A stretch of DNA of 64,000 bases. Source: a virus. Positions 18,467 to 28,490 of the stretch are shown here, piece after piece (positions within the stretch are counted from its first letter, which is position 1; each line of letters opens with the position of its first letter). Under the pieces are notes generated by a model. The model was not told the DNA's origin, did not search any database, and saw only the letters and a list, made by a program, of their open reading frames with translations. The stretch lies in IMG/VR virus record IMGVR_UViG_3300030104_005963. One strand, given 5' to 3'. A program made the position numbers and the translations under genes.

Positions 18467-18795
18467 TGCCTGCCGTATCTAAGGCACAACAAAGGTTTAT
18501 GGGTATGGTGTATGCCGCCAAAAAAGGTGACATGCCCAACCCGTCACCTGAAGTTGCAAAGGCAGCAGAATCTATAAAGAAAAAAGACGCTAAAGATTTT
18601 GCATCAACAAAACATAAAGGTCTTCCAGAAAAGAAAGTTGCAAAAGAAGCAAAAGATTTTTCTCAGAGAGATAAAATTTTAAAGAGAGCAAAATCTCTCC
18701 ATAAACATCTATATAAAAATCTTCATAAGAAAGATACTTCTGGTGATGTAAATGAAAGTAAAAAAACGTTTAAAGAGTTTATAGGCGATATATAG
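18466..18795 (+). CDS. DUF3008-like phage protein
   Basis: MPAVSKAQQRFMGMV...KDFASTKHKGLPEKK. Confidence 0.6.
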   Translation: MPAVSKAQQRFMGMVYAAKKGDMPNPSPEVAKAAESIKKKDAKDFASTKHKGLPEKKVAKEAKDFSQRDKILKRAKSLHKHLYKNLHKKDTSGDVNESKKTFKEFIGDI

Positions 18796-18816
18796 TTTAG
18801 ATATTGGTATCGAACT

Positions 18817-19020
18817 ATGTTAACATTTCTTCTCCCACTTGCGTCCAAAATTATTTCTGATGCAGTTGCCAAGATTCCGGAAAATGAAGAACTTGGTGAG
18901 AAACTTATTGAGATCTGTCTTGTTATTCTTGCTAAGGCAGTTAAGTTGACTAAAACAGATATGGATGATCAACTACTTGAAGTTGTGACAAAGGCAATCA
19001 AAACTAGAGAAGAGGAATAA
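18817..19020 (+). CDS. Conserved cyanophage hypothetical protein
   Basis: LLPLASKII..., AVKLTKTDMDDQLLE. Confidence 0.65.
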   Translation: MLTFLLPLASKIISDAVAKIPENEELGEKLIEICLVILAKAVKLTKTDMDDQLLEVVTKAIKTREEE

Positions 19021-19022
19021 AG

Positions 19023-19030
19023 TATAAATA
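19023..19030 (+). promoter_or_regulatory. T4-type late promoter
   Basis: TATAAATA. Confidence 0.75.
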
Positions 19031-19060
19031 TCATTATAAAGAATTATAGGGTAAGGAAAC

Positions 19061-19573
19061 ATGTCTCTTTGGGGCAATAAAGATACTGTCTATTCGACTG
19101 GAAAAGTAAACTGCACTACTGCTGGAGTACTTACGAAGCAGAGTGGTAGTATTGCTTGGACATCAGGTAATGGTGTAAAGGTTGGTCAAGTGGTAACATT
19201 AGCAACTGATGGTGCTGGTCCTGGTCAAGGTGTAATTTTGAGTATAGATTCTGCTACTCAATTAACACTTACCAATCTTGATCTTCCTGGTGCATTTACA
19301 GACGTTGATTATGAAATTCGTGAAACACCTGTGTCTGAAGTCAAAGGTGGAAGTTTTGCTATTAATGAAATATATGGTGTAGATACTACCGAGCAAAGTG
19401 TTGCTAATGCGGCATCAGGCGAGGCACGCAAATATGCACCTGCTCATGCCGGTTGGGTTGGTATTACAACTTATACAGATAATCACGGAAATCTGAGAGT
19501 TAAGTCAGAAACATTAGTTGCCGGAAGCACCATCACCGGTGATGCGGAAGATACTAAGTTCCCAGATAGCTGA
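19061..19573 (+). CDS. Putative virion structural protein
   Basis: MSLWGNKD..., HAGWVG, RVKSETLVA; follows a late promoter. Confidence 0.65.
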   Translation: MSLWGNKDTVYSTGKVNCTTAGVLTKQSGSIAWTSGNGVKVGQVVTLATDGAGPGQGVILSIDSATQLTLTNLDLPGAFTDVDYEIRETPVSEVKGGSFAINEIYGVDTTEQSVANAASGEARKYAPAHAGWVGITTYTDNHGNLRVKSETLVAGSTITGDAEDTKFPDS

Positions 19574-19581
19574 TATGTGAT

Positions 19582-19953
19582 ATGAGATTTGATGAATTGA
19601 ACGAGGGTAATTATTTACTCTTTGCTATAAAATTTTACGATAATCCCCAGGCAATAACTAAGGATGATTTTGAGGACGATTTAAAACGTATCAAATACAT
19701 CAAAAGGTTATTGAAAAGATATAAAAATTCTGGGGAACTTAAAACACATCTCATATTAAATCATCTGACAGTTTTATTCAATGTCTTTAGTGATGCGGCA
19801 GTTCCTCTGTTGTTCTATAATTTAGAGCATGAATTGTGGCCATACATAAAAAGTTTTTTATTATTTTTGGATAGAATACCAGAATACCCTAAAACAAAAA
19901 TATCTGATATTGAAGAAGATTATTATTGTTTAGCACAATTAAGAGCACTCTGA
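19582..19953 (+). CDS. Conserved T4-like hypothetical protein
   Basis: FAIKFYDNP, DLKRIKYIKRLL, LILNHL. Confidence 0.75.
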   Translation: MRFDELNEGNYLLFAIKFYDNPQAITKDDFEDDLKRIKYIKRLLKRYKNSGELKTHLILNHLTVLFNVFSDAAVPLLFYNLEHELWPYIKSFLLFLDRIPEYPKTKISDIEEDYYCLAQLRAL

Positions 19954-20144
19954 TGAATATAGATAAAATCTTAAATATTATTAGAAATCTTAATGAAGAA
20001 GGAATCCCAACAAATAATGCTAGTGGTGGAGCAATTGCAGGACTACCACCTGATGAACCTCCTGTGAAGAAAAAAAGAAAACAAACTCCTGTAGGAAGGT
20101 ATGGATCAAGAAGAATGTGGATACAGGATTTAAAAAATGGATAA
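19953..20144 (+). CDS. Small hypothetical protein
   Basis: TGATG coupling; PTNNASGGAIAGLPPDEPPV. Confidence 0.6.
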   Translation: MNIDKILNIIRNLNEEGIPTNNASGGAIAGLPPDEPPVKKKRKQTPVGRYGSRRMWIQDLKNG

Positions 20145-20538
20145 CGATAACGTCAATATTAATAATAATGTTAATTCGGCAATATTGGAAAGACTAGAAC
20201 GTGTAGTTGAGTCTTTACAAGATAACTCTGTGAAGATGGGACAACTACTTGCTGTTCATAATGAAAAATTAGAGAAACAAGATAGAATTGATGCAGTTCT
20301 ATTTGAGAAAGTAGAAAGTGTTCATCGTGAAGTTAATAGAAGAGCAGATGAGATAAAGGGAGGATGTGAGAGAGATATAAGAAAAATTGATGAACGTCTT
20401 CGTGTTATGGAAAAGAAGATGTGGACTATTGCCGGTTCTCTAATTGTAATATCATTCATAGTTAGTATGCCAGGTCAAAAACTGCTACAAAACTTCTTGA
20501 CTCCACAGGCACAGCAGGTTATAATAGAGAGACAGTAG
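20137..20538 (+). CDS. Coiled-coil protein with C-terminal membrane anchor
   Basis: Heptad-like LERVVESL..; hydrophobic WTIAGSLIVISFIV. Confidence 0.6.
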   Translation: MDNDNVNINNNVNSAILERLERVVESLQDNSVKMGQLLAVHNEKLEKQDRIDAVLFEKVESVHREVNRRADEIKGGCERDIRKIDERLRVMEKKMWTIAGSLIVISFIVSMPGQKLLQNFLTPQAQQVIIERQ

Positions 20539-20550
20539 AAGTCTTTTGTA

Positions 20551-21522
20551 ATGGATTTGGTTGACTCCAAGTATATTGGTCTGATTTCTTCTCGTCTGCA
20601 AAAATTTAAGAAAGTAAAAAACAATCTTTACAACTTTCGTTGCCCCGTCTGTGGGGATTCGCAGAAAAACAAAAATAAGACACGGGGGTATCTCTACCAG
20701 GTCAAGAATAACACTAACTTTAAGTGCCATAACTGTGGTGCCAGCATGTCATTAAATAATTTTATTAAGACTCTTGATGGCACACTGCATAAGCAGTATA
20801 CAATGGAGAAGTTTAAAGAGGGGCATACGGGTAAAAACTTTGTTGTTGAAGAACCAAAGTTGGTATTTAAAAAACCAGTATTTAAAAAATCAATCAATCT
20901 TCCTAAGGCATCTTCAAATTCCGTTGCCAGACAATATCTTGAGAACAGAAAAATTGATCCTGATAAGTTTTACTATGCAGACAGATTTAAATCATGGACA
21001 AATACACAGAAAAAAACATTCGATAATGTAGGCAGAGACGAACCAAGAATCATTATACCCATGTATGATGAGACAAAAAATTTAATAGGATTTCAGGGGA
21101 GAGCACTAGATAAATCTCCTAATAAATATATCACCATTATGATTCAGGAAGAGGCAGCAAAAGCATATGGAATCGAAAAAATTGATAAGACCTCAGTCGT
21201 CTATATCACAGAAGGTCCTTTCGACTCAACATTTATACGCAACTCGATTGCTATGTGCGGAGCTGATGCTGATGTCCACGATTGGGGTATTAGCAATCCT
21301 GTTTGGGTTTACGACAACGAACCTCGAAACAAGGAAATTGTCCAACGAATTAATAGAACAATCGATAGTGGCGACTCCGTAATTATTTGGCCATCAAATA
21401 TAGGAGAAAAAGATATTAACGACATGGTTCTTGCTGGACATGACGTTATGTCTATGTTAGAATCAAACACATATAGTGGTCTAGAAGCAAAAATCAAATT
21501 CAACAATTGGAAAAAAATATGA
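20551..21522 (+). CDS. gp61: DNA primase gp61
   Basis: Zn finger CPVCGD...CHNC; TOPRIM ITEGPFDS and YDNEPRN. Confidence 0.97.
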   Translation: MDLVDSKYIGLISSRLQKFKKVKNNLYNFRCPVCGDSQKNKNKTRGYLYQVKNNTNFKCHNCGASMSLNNFIKTLDGTLHKQYTMEKFKEGHTGKNFVVEEPKLVFKKPVFKKSINLPKASSNSVARQYLENRKIDPDKFYYADRFKSWTNTQKKTFDNVGRDEPRIIIPMYDETKNLIGFQGRALDKSPNKYITIMIQEEAAKAYGIEKIDKTSVVYITEGPFDSTFIRNSIAMCGADADVHDWGISNPVWVYDNEPRNKEIVQRINRTIDSGDSVIIWPSNIGEKDINDMVLAGHDVMSMLESNTYSGLEAKIKFNNWKKI

Positions 21523-23816
21523 GTAACGGTACAAAAGTAGTCAAGAGAAACGGAACAACAGAACCTCTTGATTTGAATAAACTCCATAAAATGGTGGATG
21601 AGGCATGTAAGGATCTTGCCGGAGTTTCTGCAAGTCAGGTTGAAATTCAATCTGGCATTCAATTTTATGATGGTGTTTCTACCGCAGAAATTCAACAAAT
21701 TTTAATTCGTTCTGCTTCCGATCTCATTGATCTTGAGCATCCTAATTATCAATTTGTAGCTGCACGTCTTCTTTTATTTTCGTTGCGTAAGCAATTGTTT
21801 GGACGTATGCACCAGGCACCGACACTCAAAAGTCATGTCGATGATTGTATCGGAAGAGGTATATATGATGCAGAGATTATAAATCTGTATGATAAAGACG
21901 AATTCGATAAACTTCAATCTTTTATCGATCATGATCGTGACTTCTTGTTTACGTATGCCGGATTACGGCAAGTCGTAGATAAATATCTTGTACAAGATAG
22001 GAGTACCGGAGAACTTTATGAAACTCCGCAGTTTATGTATCTGCTGATTGCTGCAACCATATTCTCCAAATATCCTAAAGAGACAAGATTGGATTATGTC
22101 AAAAGATACTACGACGCAATCTCCAAACACAAAATCAACATTCCCACACCTATCATGGCAGGAGTGCGAACTCCACTTCGACAATATGCTAGCTGTGTTC
22201 TTGTTGATGTTGATGACTCCCTCGATAGCATCTTTAGTTCTGATATGGCTATCGGCAGGTATGTTGCACAAAGGGCGGGAATCGGTATCAACGCAGGCAG
22301 AATCCGTGGCGTCAACAGTAAAATCAGAGGTGGAGAAGTTCAACACACAGGTGTTGTTCCTTTCCTTAAAAAGTTTGAATCTACTGTCCGGTGTTGTACA
22401 CAAAATGGAATACGAGGTGGCTCAGCAACTGTCCACTTCCCAATCTGGCACCAAGAAATCGAAGACATCATCGTCCTGAAGAATAACAAAGGAACTGAAG
22501 ATAATCGTGTCAGAAAACTTGATTACTCAATTCAGATTTCAAAACTTTTCTACGAACGTTTTATCCAGAATAGAGAGATTAGCCTCTTCTCACCGCATGA
22601 CGTACCAGGTCTCAATGATGCTTTTGGTACTGATTTATTTGACGATCTCTATGTACGTTATGAATCAGATGAGTTTACTCCAAGAAAAACTATTGGAGCA
22701 CAAGAACTTTTTCTAAACATCTTGAAAGAAAGAGCAGAAACTGGTAGACTGTATATCATGAATATTGATCACTGCAATAGTCATTCATCTTTCCATGATA
22801 AAGTTGAGATGAGTAATTTGTGTCAGGAGATCACTCTTCCAACTAAACCACTGAACCACATTGACGATGAATCTGGAGAAATTGCTCTCTGTATCCTTTC
22901 TGCTATTAATATTGGTAAAATTAGGGGCAATGAGGATCTTGAAAGCCTCTGTGATCTTGCTGTTAGGGGTCTTGATGAACTTATTGATTTTCAAGGATAC
23001 CCCATCAGAGCAGCAGAAATTGCCACAAAGGCAAGGAGATCCCTTGGTATCGGTTACATTGGACTAGCACATTATCTTGCCAAGAATGGATTGTCTTATG
23101 ACAATCCTGAGGCATGGAAACTGGTTCATGATCTTACAGAAGCATTCCAATATTATCTTATTCGTGCTACAATAGATCTTGCCAAAGAAAAAGGTGCCTG
23201 TGAATACAGTCATAGAACAAAGTATGGAAGTGGAATTCTTCCCATTGATACATATAAGAGTGATGTAGATGAAATAGTCCCGAATGAGCTTAACTATGAT
23301 TGGGAGAGTCTTCGGAACGACATCATTCAATATGGAGTACGGAACTCAACACTGTCGGCACAAATGCCTTCAGAGAGCAGTTCTGTTGTGTCAAATGCCA
23401 CAAATGGAATCGAACCACCTAGAGCGTACTTGTCCACTAAAAAGAGTAAAAAGGGAACCCTTAAACAAGTTGTTCCACAATACACAACTCTTAAAAACAA
23501 TTATACGCTTCTTTGGGATATGGAGTCCAATAATGGTTATATTAATATTGTTGCTGTGATGCAAAAATTCTTTGATCAGGCAATTTCTGGCAACTGGAGT
23601 TATAATCCACAACAATATGAAAATAATGAAGTTCCTGTTTCTGTGATGGCACAGGACTTACTTAAAACCTATAAGTATGGATGGAAGACTTCTTACTATC
23701 AAAATACATATGATAATAAAAATGATGAACTTGAAGAACAAAAATCCGAATTAGAAAGTTTAATCAATCAATTAGAAACCGCCGAGGAGGAAGACTGTGA
23801 GTCTTGTAAAATTTAA
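21519..23816 (+). CDS. nrdA: Ribonucleotide reductase class Ia alpha subunit
   Basis: ATP cone VVKRNG, PTPIMAG, SCVL, SNLCQEI, PSESSS, C-terminal CESCKI. Confidence 0.99.
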   Translation: MSNGTKVVKRNGTTEPLDLNKLHKMVDEACKDLAGVSASQVEIQSGIQFYDGVSTAEIQQILIRSASDLIDLEHPNYQFVAARLLLFSLRKQLFGRMHQAPTLKSHVDDCIGRGIYDAEIINLYDKDEFDKLQSFIDHDRDFLFTYAGLRQVVDKYLVQDRSTGELYETPQFMYLLIAATIFSKYPKETRLDYVKRYYDAISKHKINIPTPIMAGVRTPLRQYASCVLVDVDDSLDSIFSSDMAIGRYVAQRAGIGINAGRIRGVNSKIRGGEVQHTGVVPFLKKFESTVRCCTQNGIRGGSATVHFPIWHQEIEDIIVLKNNKGTEDNRVRKLDYSIQISKLFYERFIQNREISLFSPHDVPGLNDAFGTDLFDDLYVRYESDEFTPRKTIGAQELFLNILKERAETGRLYIMNIDHCNSHSSFHDKVEMSNLCQEITLPTKPLNHIDDESGEIALCILSAINIGKIRGNEDLESLCDLAVRGLDELIDFQGYPIRAAEIATKARRSLGIGYIGLAHYLAKNGLSYDNPEAWKLVHDLTEAFQYYLIRATIDLAKEKGACEYSHRTKYGSGILPIDTYKSDVDEIVPNELNYDWESLRNDIIQYGVRNSTLSAQMPSESSSVVSNATNGIEPPRAYLSTKKSKKGTLKQVVPQYTTLKNNYTLLWDMESNNGYINIVAVMQKFFDQAISGNWSYNPQQYENNEVPVSVMAQDLLKTYKYGWKTSYYQNTYDNKNDELEEQKSELESLINQLETAEEEDCESCKI

Positions 23817-24987
23817 ATCAGATTCTGTGGACAACAAAAATACAACGGTCACTCAAATGACCGTTTTTAATCCTGAACAAGTTGATAGAAAAACACAACC
23901 AATGTTCTTTGGAAAACCTCTGGGTGTTCAGAGGTATGACTCTTATAAGTATCCGGTTTTTGATAAACTGACTACTCAACAACTTGGATACTTCTGGAGA
24001 CCAGAAGAAGTCTCATTGCAAAAAGATCGTGCAGATTATCAGACATTACGTCCAGAACAAAAACATATTTTTACCAGCAATCTTAAGTATCAGATCATGC
24101 TGGATTCTGTACAAGGGCGTGGTCCTGGGATGGCTTTTATCCCTTACTGTTCATTACCTGAACTAGAAGCATGTATGGAAGTGTGGGGATTTATGGAGAT
24201 GATCCATAGTCGTTCATACACATATCTGATTAAAAATGTTTATGCAGATCCTTCAGAAGTATTTGATACTATTTTAACAGACGATAGAATTCTTGAACGT
24301 GCCACCAGTGTAACTGAGGCATATGATGATTTTATCAATTCGGCACATCATTATGATAGCACCAGTGATTGGCAGTACGCTTTACAGGAAGTACCCTATG
24401 CAGTCGATTCAAGATATGAACTCAAACGTAAACTCTATAGAGCAGTTGCAAACGTTAATATTCTTGAAGGTATTCGCTTTTATGTCAGTTTCGCTTGTAG
24501 TTTTGCGTTTGGCGAACTCAAACTTATGGAAGGAAGTGCAAAAATCATCTCTTTGATTGCAAGAGATGAAAATCAGCACCTGGTAATTACTCAGAATATT
24601 CTAAATAAGTGGAGAAACGGTGACGATCCAGATATGCAAAAGATTGCCAAGGAAGAAGAACCTTGGTTAATTCGCGCATTTGAAAATGCAGTAAATCAAG
24701 AAAAACTTTGGGCAGAATATTTGTTTAAAGATGGTTCTATGATTGGTTTAAATGATAAACTACTGCAGCAATATGTTGAATGGATTGCCAACCGTCGAAT
24801 GAAGACAATTGGATTAAAACCGATCTATGACATTGCCGCAAAAAACAATCCACTTCCTTGGACAGAGCACTGGATATCTTCAAAAGGTCTTCAAGTTGCT
24901 CCGCAAGAAACCGAAGTCGAATCTTATATCGTCGGAGGAATCAAGCAAGATGTCAAAGGAGACACCTTCGCAGGATTTAGTTTATGA
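23797..24987 (+). CDS. nrdB: Ribonucleotide reductase class Ia beta subunit
   Basis: FWRPEEV, EMIHSRSY, LEGIRFYVSF, RDENQH, APQETE. Confidence 0.99.
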   Translation: MSLVKFKSDSVDNKNTTVTQMTVFNPEQVDRKTQPMFFGKPLGVQRYDSYKYPVFDKLTTQQLGYFWRPEEVSLQKDRADYQTLRPEQKHIFTSNLKYQIMLDSVQGRGPGMAFIPYCSLPELEACMEVWGFMEMIHSRSYTYLIKNVYADPSEVFDTILTDDRILERATSVTEAYDDFINSAHHYDSTSDWQYALQEVPYAVDSRYELKRKLYRAVANVNILEGIRFYVSFACSFAFGELKLMEGSAKIISLIARDENQHLVITQNILNKWRNGDDPDMQKIAKEEEPWLIRAFENAVNQEKLWAEYLFKDGSMIGLNDKLLQQYVEWIANRRMKTIGLKPIYDIAAKNNPLPWTEHWISSKGLQVAPQETEVESYIVGGIKQDVKGDTFAGFSL

Positions 24988-25078
24988 TAGTATAAGAGCA
25001 TATAAAGAAGCAGCACTATCTGATTCACATATGTTTGGTGAATATGATGGATATCAAGCATACAAGGGGGACGAGTAG
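24950..25078 (+). CDS. Small hypothetical protein overlapping the nrdB end
   Basis: MSKETPSQDLVYDSIRAYKEAAL...; internal ATG of ORF 24827..25078. Confidence 0.35.
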   Translation: MSKETPSQDLVYDSIRAYKEAALSDSHMFGEYDGYQAYKGDE

Positions 25079-25091
25079 TCCCTCTTTTTTT
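25066..25091 (+). terminator. Rho-independent terminator after nrdB
   Basis: GGGGGAC-GAGTA-GTCCCTC followed by a T run. Confidence 0.8.
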
Positions 25092-25098
25092 ATAAATA
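25091..25098 (+). promoter_or_regulatory. T4-type late promoter
   Basis: TATAAATA directly after the terminator U-tract. Confidence 0.75.
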
Positions 25099-25125
25099 TC
25101 CATATATGGATACAGAATAAGAAAA

Positions 25126-26508
25126 ATGTCCTTGTCTCAAAAACAATTTGCCGACTTCAGAAAAGTTTGTGAAGAATTTAATGAAGTAGAAGAAATTATC
25201 GAAGAAGAACTCGTTCATGAAATTTGTGATGAACTGATTGAAGAACTTATTGAAGAAGGATACTCCGAAGAAGAAGCAATTGAAGTTGTCGATGAGGCAA
25301 CTGATCTTTATATTGATGAGACACTTTGTGAAGTAAGTGACTCATATTACGACAGTGCTGTTAGAGCATCGAAGAAATCTGCAAGTGGTATTGACAAGGC
25401 AGCAAGACAGAAGAGAAGAGCAGGTCAGGTTAGATATGCTAAGAGAAAGGCAGGGGATGCTCTCAAAGGTGCTGTCGGTGCTGTTAAAGGTGCTGTTGAT
25501 AGTGTTAAGAAGAAAGCATCAGCTGCTAAAGCAGGTGTTCAGATTGCAGGATCAATTGCTAAAGATGAGGCAAGGAGAGCAGGACGTAAAGCAGCATTAT
25601 CTGTTAGTAAAGCACCAGAAAAGGCAAAGGCAGCAGCATCTGATGCTAAGAAAAAAGCAAAGAGTGGGATCAAAGGATTTATTAAACGTCAGGCACAGAA
25701 GGTTGTCAATCGTATGAGTGAAGAGATTGAAGCACTTAAGGCAACCGGTCTCTTTACTGCGAAGGAGATTAAAGCAATTGTAGAATCAGAGAATGTTTAT
25801 GAAGCAATCACCAGTGAAAAGGGTAAAGCAAAAATGAAATCTATGATTGATGCTCGCACCACTGATTCTGGTAGAGCAAAGTCAGGTAAAGGTCAAAACG
25901 TTAAAGACATTAAGCACATTGGTCGTGCTAATGTTGATGGTTATGGTGGAACACCTCCCAATCTAAAGGTTGCTAAGAATCCAGTAAAATCTAACTTTAC
26001 TGGTCTCAATAGTGGAACCGGCAACAAAGCAAAAAGAAGAGCAGACGCCTTAACAAAGAATGAAGAACTTAAGGCAACTGGTAAGTTCTCTGATAAGGAG
26101 ATTGAAGCAATCATGGAAGCAGACTCACTTGCAGCAATGCAAGCAAGAAGAGAAAAGCGTCTTGCCGCACAAAGAAAGCGTGAAGGCACTACTGCAACTG
26201 GAAGGGACTTTGGTCACGACTATTCCCTAACTCCTGCTCAACAAAAAACAAGAAGAGATGCTGAGTTTAAAGCAGGAATCGGAACTAAGAAAGAAGAAGT
26301 TGAGGTTGATGAAGCAATGAGTTCTTATGATCGCAACCGTAAGAGAGCAGCACAGAGAGCAGCAGATAGAAATGCCGCCAGAGCTGCCGGAAAGACCGGT
26401 GTAGTTCCTGGAGTCGGTTATGTGTCTCCTAGAAAAGAAAGAGAAACATACGTTGATTCTGCGGGCACTACCCGTCATAAGTCTGGTGCAAAGATGCCAA
26501 AGGACTGA
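25126..26508 (+). CDS. Low-complexity protein (acidic N-terminus, Lys/Ala/Arg-rich blocks), possibly virion-internal
   Basis: 460 aa; duplicated LKATG(L/K)F..KEI.AI.E module; late promoter upstream. Confidence 0.6.
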   Translation: MSLSQKQFADFRKVCEEFNEVEEIIEEELVHEICDELIEELIEEGYSEEEAIEVVDEATDLYIDETLCEVSDSYYDSAVRASKKSASGIDKAARQKRRAGQVRYAKRKAGDALKGAVGAVKGAVDSVKKKASAAKAGVQIAGSIAKDEARRAGRKAALSVSKAPEKAKAAASDAKKKAKSGIKGFIKRQAQKVVNRMSEEIEALKATGLFTAKEIKAIVESENVYEAITSEKGKAKMKSMIDARTTDSGRAKSGKGQNVKDIKHIGRANVDGYGGTPPNLKVAKNPVKSNFTGLNSGTGNKAKRRADALTKNEELKATGKFSDKEIEAIMEADSLAAMQARREKRLAAQRKREGTTATGRDFGHDYSLTPAQQKTRRDAEFKAGIGTKKEEVEVDEAMSSYDRNRKRAAQRAADRNAARAAGKTGVVPGVGYVSPRKERETYVDSAGTTRHKSGAKMPKD

Positions 26509-26530
26509 TATAAAATTGACATAATTCTTT

Positions 26531-26567
26531 GAGAGGGCTTGACACCCTCTCTTTTTTTGTTTAGAAT
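26531..26567 (+). promoter_or_regulatory. Terminator with a -35 box in its loop, plus a -10 box
   Basis: GAGAGGG-CTTGACA-CCCTCTC-T7; TTGACA (26539-44), 17 nt, TAGAAT (26562-67). Confidence 0.8.
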
Positions 26568-26615
26568 ATCTTTGCTAAGGTTGATGGATATATAGTAAGC
26601 GCTTAAACAACATGA

Positions 26616-27071
26616 ATGAATTCATATGAAAATCCTTGGACTTACATGGAACGAACTTTTGATAGTAGTGATGTTGGGGATTACTTTGGTTTTGTTTACT
26701 GTATTACCAATCTCATCAATGGACGACAATACATTGGGAGAAAGTATTTTTGGTCGTTCAGAACACCACCAGGAAAGAAACGAAAAGTAAAACAAGAATC
26801 TGATTGGAAAAAATATTATGGATCTTGTCCTGAATTAAAAGAAGATATAAAAAAGATTAACAATAAAATATTTTTTAAGAGAGAAATTCTTTCTCTACAT
26901 AAATCCAAAGGTGATTGTAATTTTGAAGAGACAAAACAATTATTTTTAAATAATGTCTTATCTGAGTCTCTTGACAACGGAACTCCTGCATATTATAATA
27001 GTAACATTCTCGGACGCTATATGCGGAAAGATTATGGTAACTTTGGAAAAAACTCTGGAGATAGCTCATGA
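26616..27071 (+). CDS. GIY-YIG endonuclease (T4 EndoII/Seg-like)
   Basis: FGFVYCITN...QYIGRK, YYGS, EET, YYNSNI. Confidence 0.8.
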   Translation: MNSYENPWTYMERTFDSSDVGDYFGFVYCITNLINGRQYIGRKYFWSFRTPPGKKRKVKQESDWKKYYGSCPELKEDIKKINNKIFFKREILSLHKSKGDCNFEETKQLFLNNVLSESLDNGTPAYYNSNILGRYMRKDYGNFGKNSGDSS

Positions 27072-27237
27072 ATGGGCAGTTGACAGAATGCACACTCTTT
27101 GTGATATGGAATCAAATGATGTGCTAGAATCAGTAGAGAATGCATATGCAATTCAAACAGAGTTTGCCGAATGGTTAGACCCTACTATTAAAGATCATGA
27201 AATTTACTCACTCGAATATCTTGGAGACGATGATTAA
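27034..27237 (+). CDS. Hypothetical protein
   Basis: AHEWAVDR..EF.EW.DP; internal ATG chosen. Confidence 0.55.
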   Translation: MVTLEKTLEIAHEWAVDRMHTLCDMESNDVLESVENAYAIQTEFAEWLDPTIKDHEIYSLEYLGDDD

Positions 27238-27808
27238 AACGTTTATTGGACTTGGAATTGTTTCAGCTACAATTTCTTCTCAAATTTCTGAACAACTATT
27301 AGTAACAAAACCAAATCCTGTTAAAACTTCGACAGTTAAATATAAATCAACTTGGAAATGTCCAAAATGCACACCAGAAGAACAATATGTTCTTAAAAAA
27401 TTACAAGAAAGCACTAAGATTACCGATAGAAATGCTCTTGCTACTATCTTAGGAAATATTAAACAGGAAAGTAAATTTGTTCCTAACATTTGTGAGGGTG
27501 GTGCTCGGGTTTCTTATAATGAATGTCGTGTTGGTGGATATGGTTTAATTCAATGGACTAGTATTGGTCGTTACAAAGGTCTTGGTAGATTTTGTAATAA
27601 GTATGCCTGTGATCCCAGTAGTCTGGAAGGTCAAACTCGTTATATGATTAATGAACCTATATTCCAAAAATATTTGCCTTCATTTGAAGGTAGTGGTCAA
27701 ACTGTTCAACAATATATGATTCCGGCATACTATTGGTTAGGATGGGGTATCAAAGGTAAAAGAGAGTATTATTCTTATAACTATAGTAAAAAACTGATAT
27801 GGGCATAA
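27230..27808 (+). CDS. Phage lysozyme-like (tail lysozyme family) protein with N-terminal signal/anchor
   Basis: ALATILGNIKQES (catalytic Glu), GYGLIQWT, LEGQTRYM. Confidence 0.75.
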   Translation: MIKTFIGLGIVSATISSQISEQLLVTKPNPVKTSTVKYKSTWKCPKCTPEEQYVLKKLQESTKITDRNALATILGNIKQESKFVPNICEGGARVSYNECRVGGYGLIQWTSIGRYKGLGRFCNKYACDPSSLEGQTRYMINEPIFQKYLPSFEGSGQTVQQYMIPAYYWLGWGIKGKREYYSYNYSKKLIWA

Positions 27809-28284
27809 TCAAAAAAGTCAAACAGTTGTTTAAAACACAAACTACTCTTCTCATGAAAAAAACTGGTACTTTTAAAGAAGAAGATGTTGAATGTTCTATT
27901 GATGAAGAAAAAATTGAATGCTCCAAATTAGAAACACCAATATTTGAGTGTGGACCAGGACATTTTAGTCATGGATATAGTCCATATGTTGGAATTCCTG
28001 CTCCAGTATATCTTAATGATGATTCGTGGTTTGGACCTGCTCCTGTTAGATCTCAAAACCAAATTGATTATATGCAACAAGAATACGAAATTAAACGACA
28101 GGAACGGGAAGAAAATTTTTCTGTAGAACCTAATGACATACATCAAAGAATGTATGAAATTGCCACTCAAAATAGTAATACCACTATCGATATTAATCCT
28201 CCTGGTGGTTCAGAAAATTTTCTTGATGGAGGTTCTAATGGTTATGGATGGATGTCAGGAACTGGTAAGGAGCAATTTTTATGA
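27799..28284 (+). CDS. Hypothetical protein
   Basis: 161-aa tiled ORF. Confidence 0.6.
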   Translation: MGIIKKVKQLFKTQTTLLMKKTGTFKEEDVECSIDEEKIECSKLETPIFECGPGHFSHGYSPYVGIPAPVYLNDDSWFGPAPVRSQNQIDYMQQEYEIKRQEREENFSVEPNDIHQRMYEIATQNSNTTIDINPPGGSENFLDGGSNGYGWMSGTGKEQFL

Positions 28285-28490
28285 CTGAAGATTGGCGTTA
28301 TAGTGAGCAAAAACTTGTTCTTCGTGAACAGGCATTAAAAGTTCTTCTTTCTAAATATGGTGGTCAGATGGAAGGATCTATTCCTAAGTATTCAACACAA
28401 TCAATCTATGAGTGTGCTCACGATTGGATATCACAAGGAAATATTAATACATCAGGTATTGTTAGTTATTACAAGGCATATTATTCATGA
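28281..28490 (+). CDS. Conserved cyanophage hypothetical protein
   Basis: EDWRYS..K..LRE, YECAHDW. Confidence 0.65.
   Translation: MTEDWRYSEQKLVLREQALKVLLSKYGGQMEGSIPKYSTQSIYECAHDWISQGNINTSGIVSYYKAYYS

Noticed and set aside
8109-24987. Introns or inteins in gp43, uvsX, gp41, primase, nrdA or nrdB
   Set aside because: All are uninterrupted and of ordinary length, with no intein or homing-endonuclease insertions visible.
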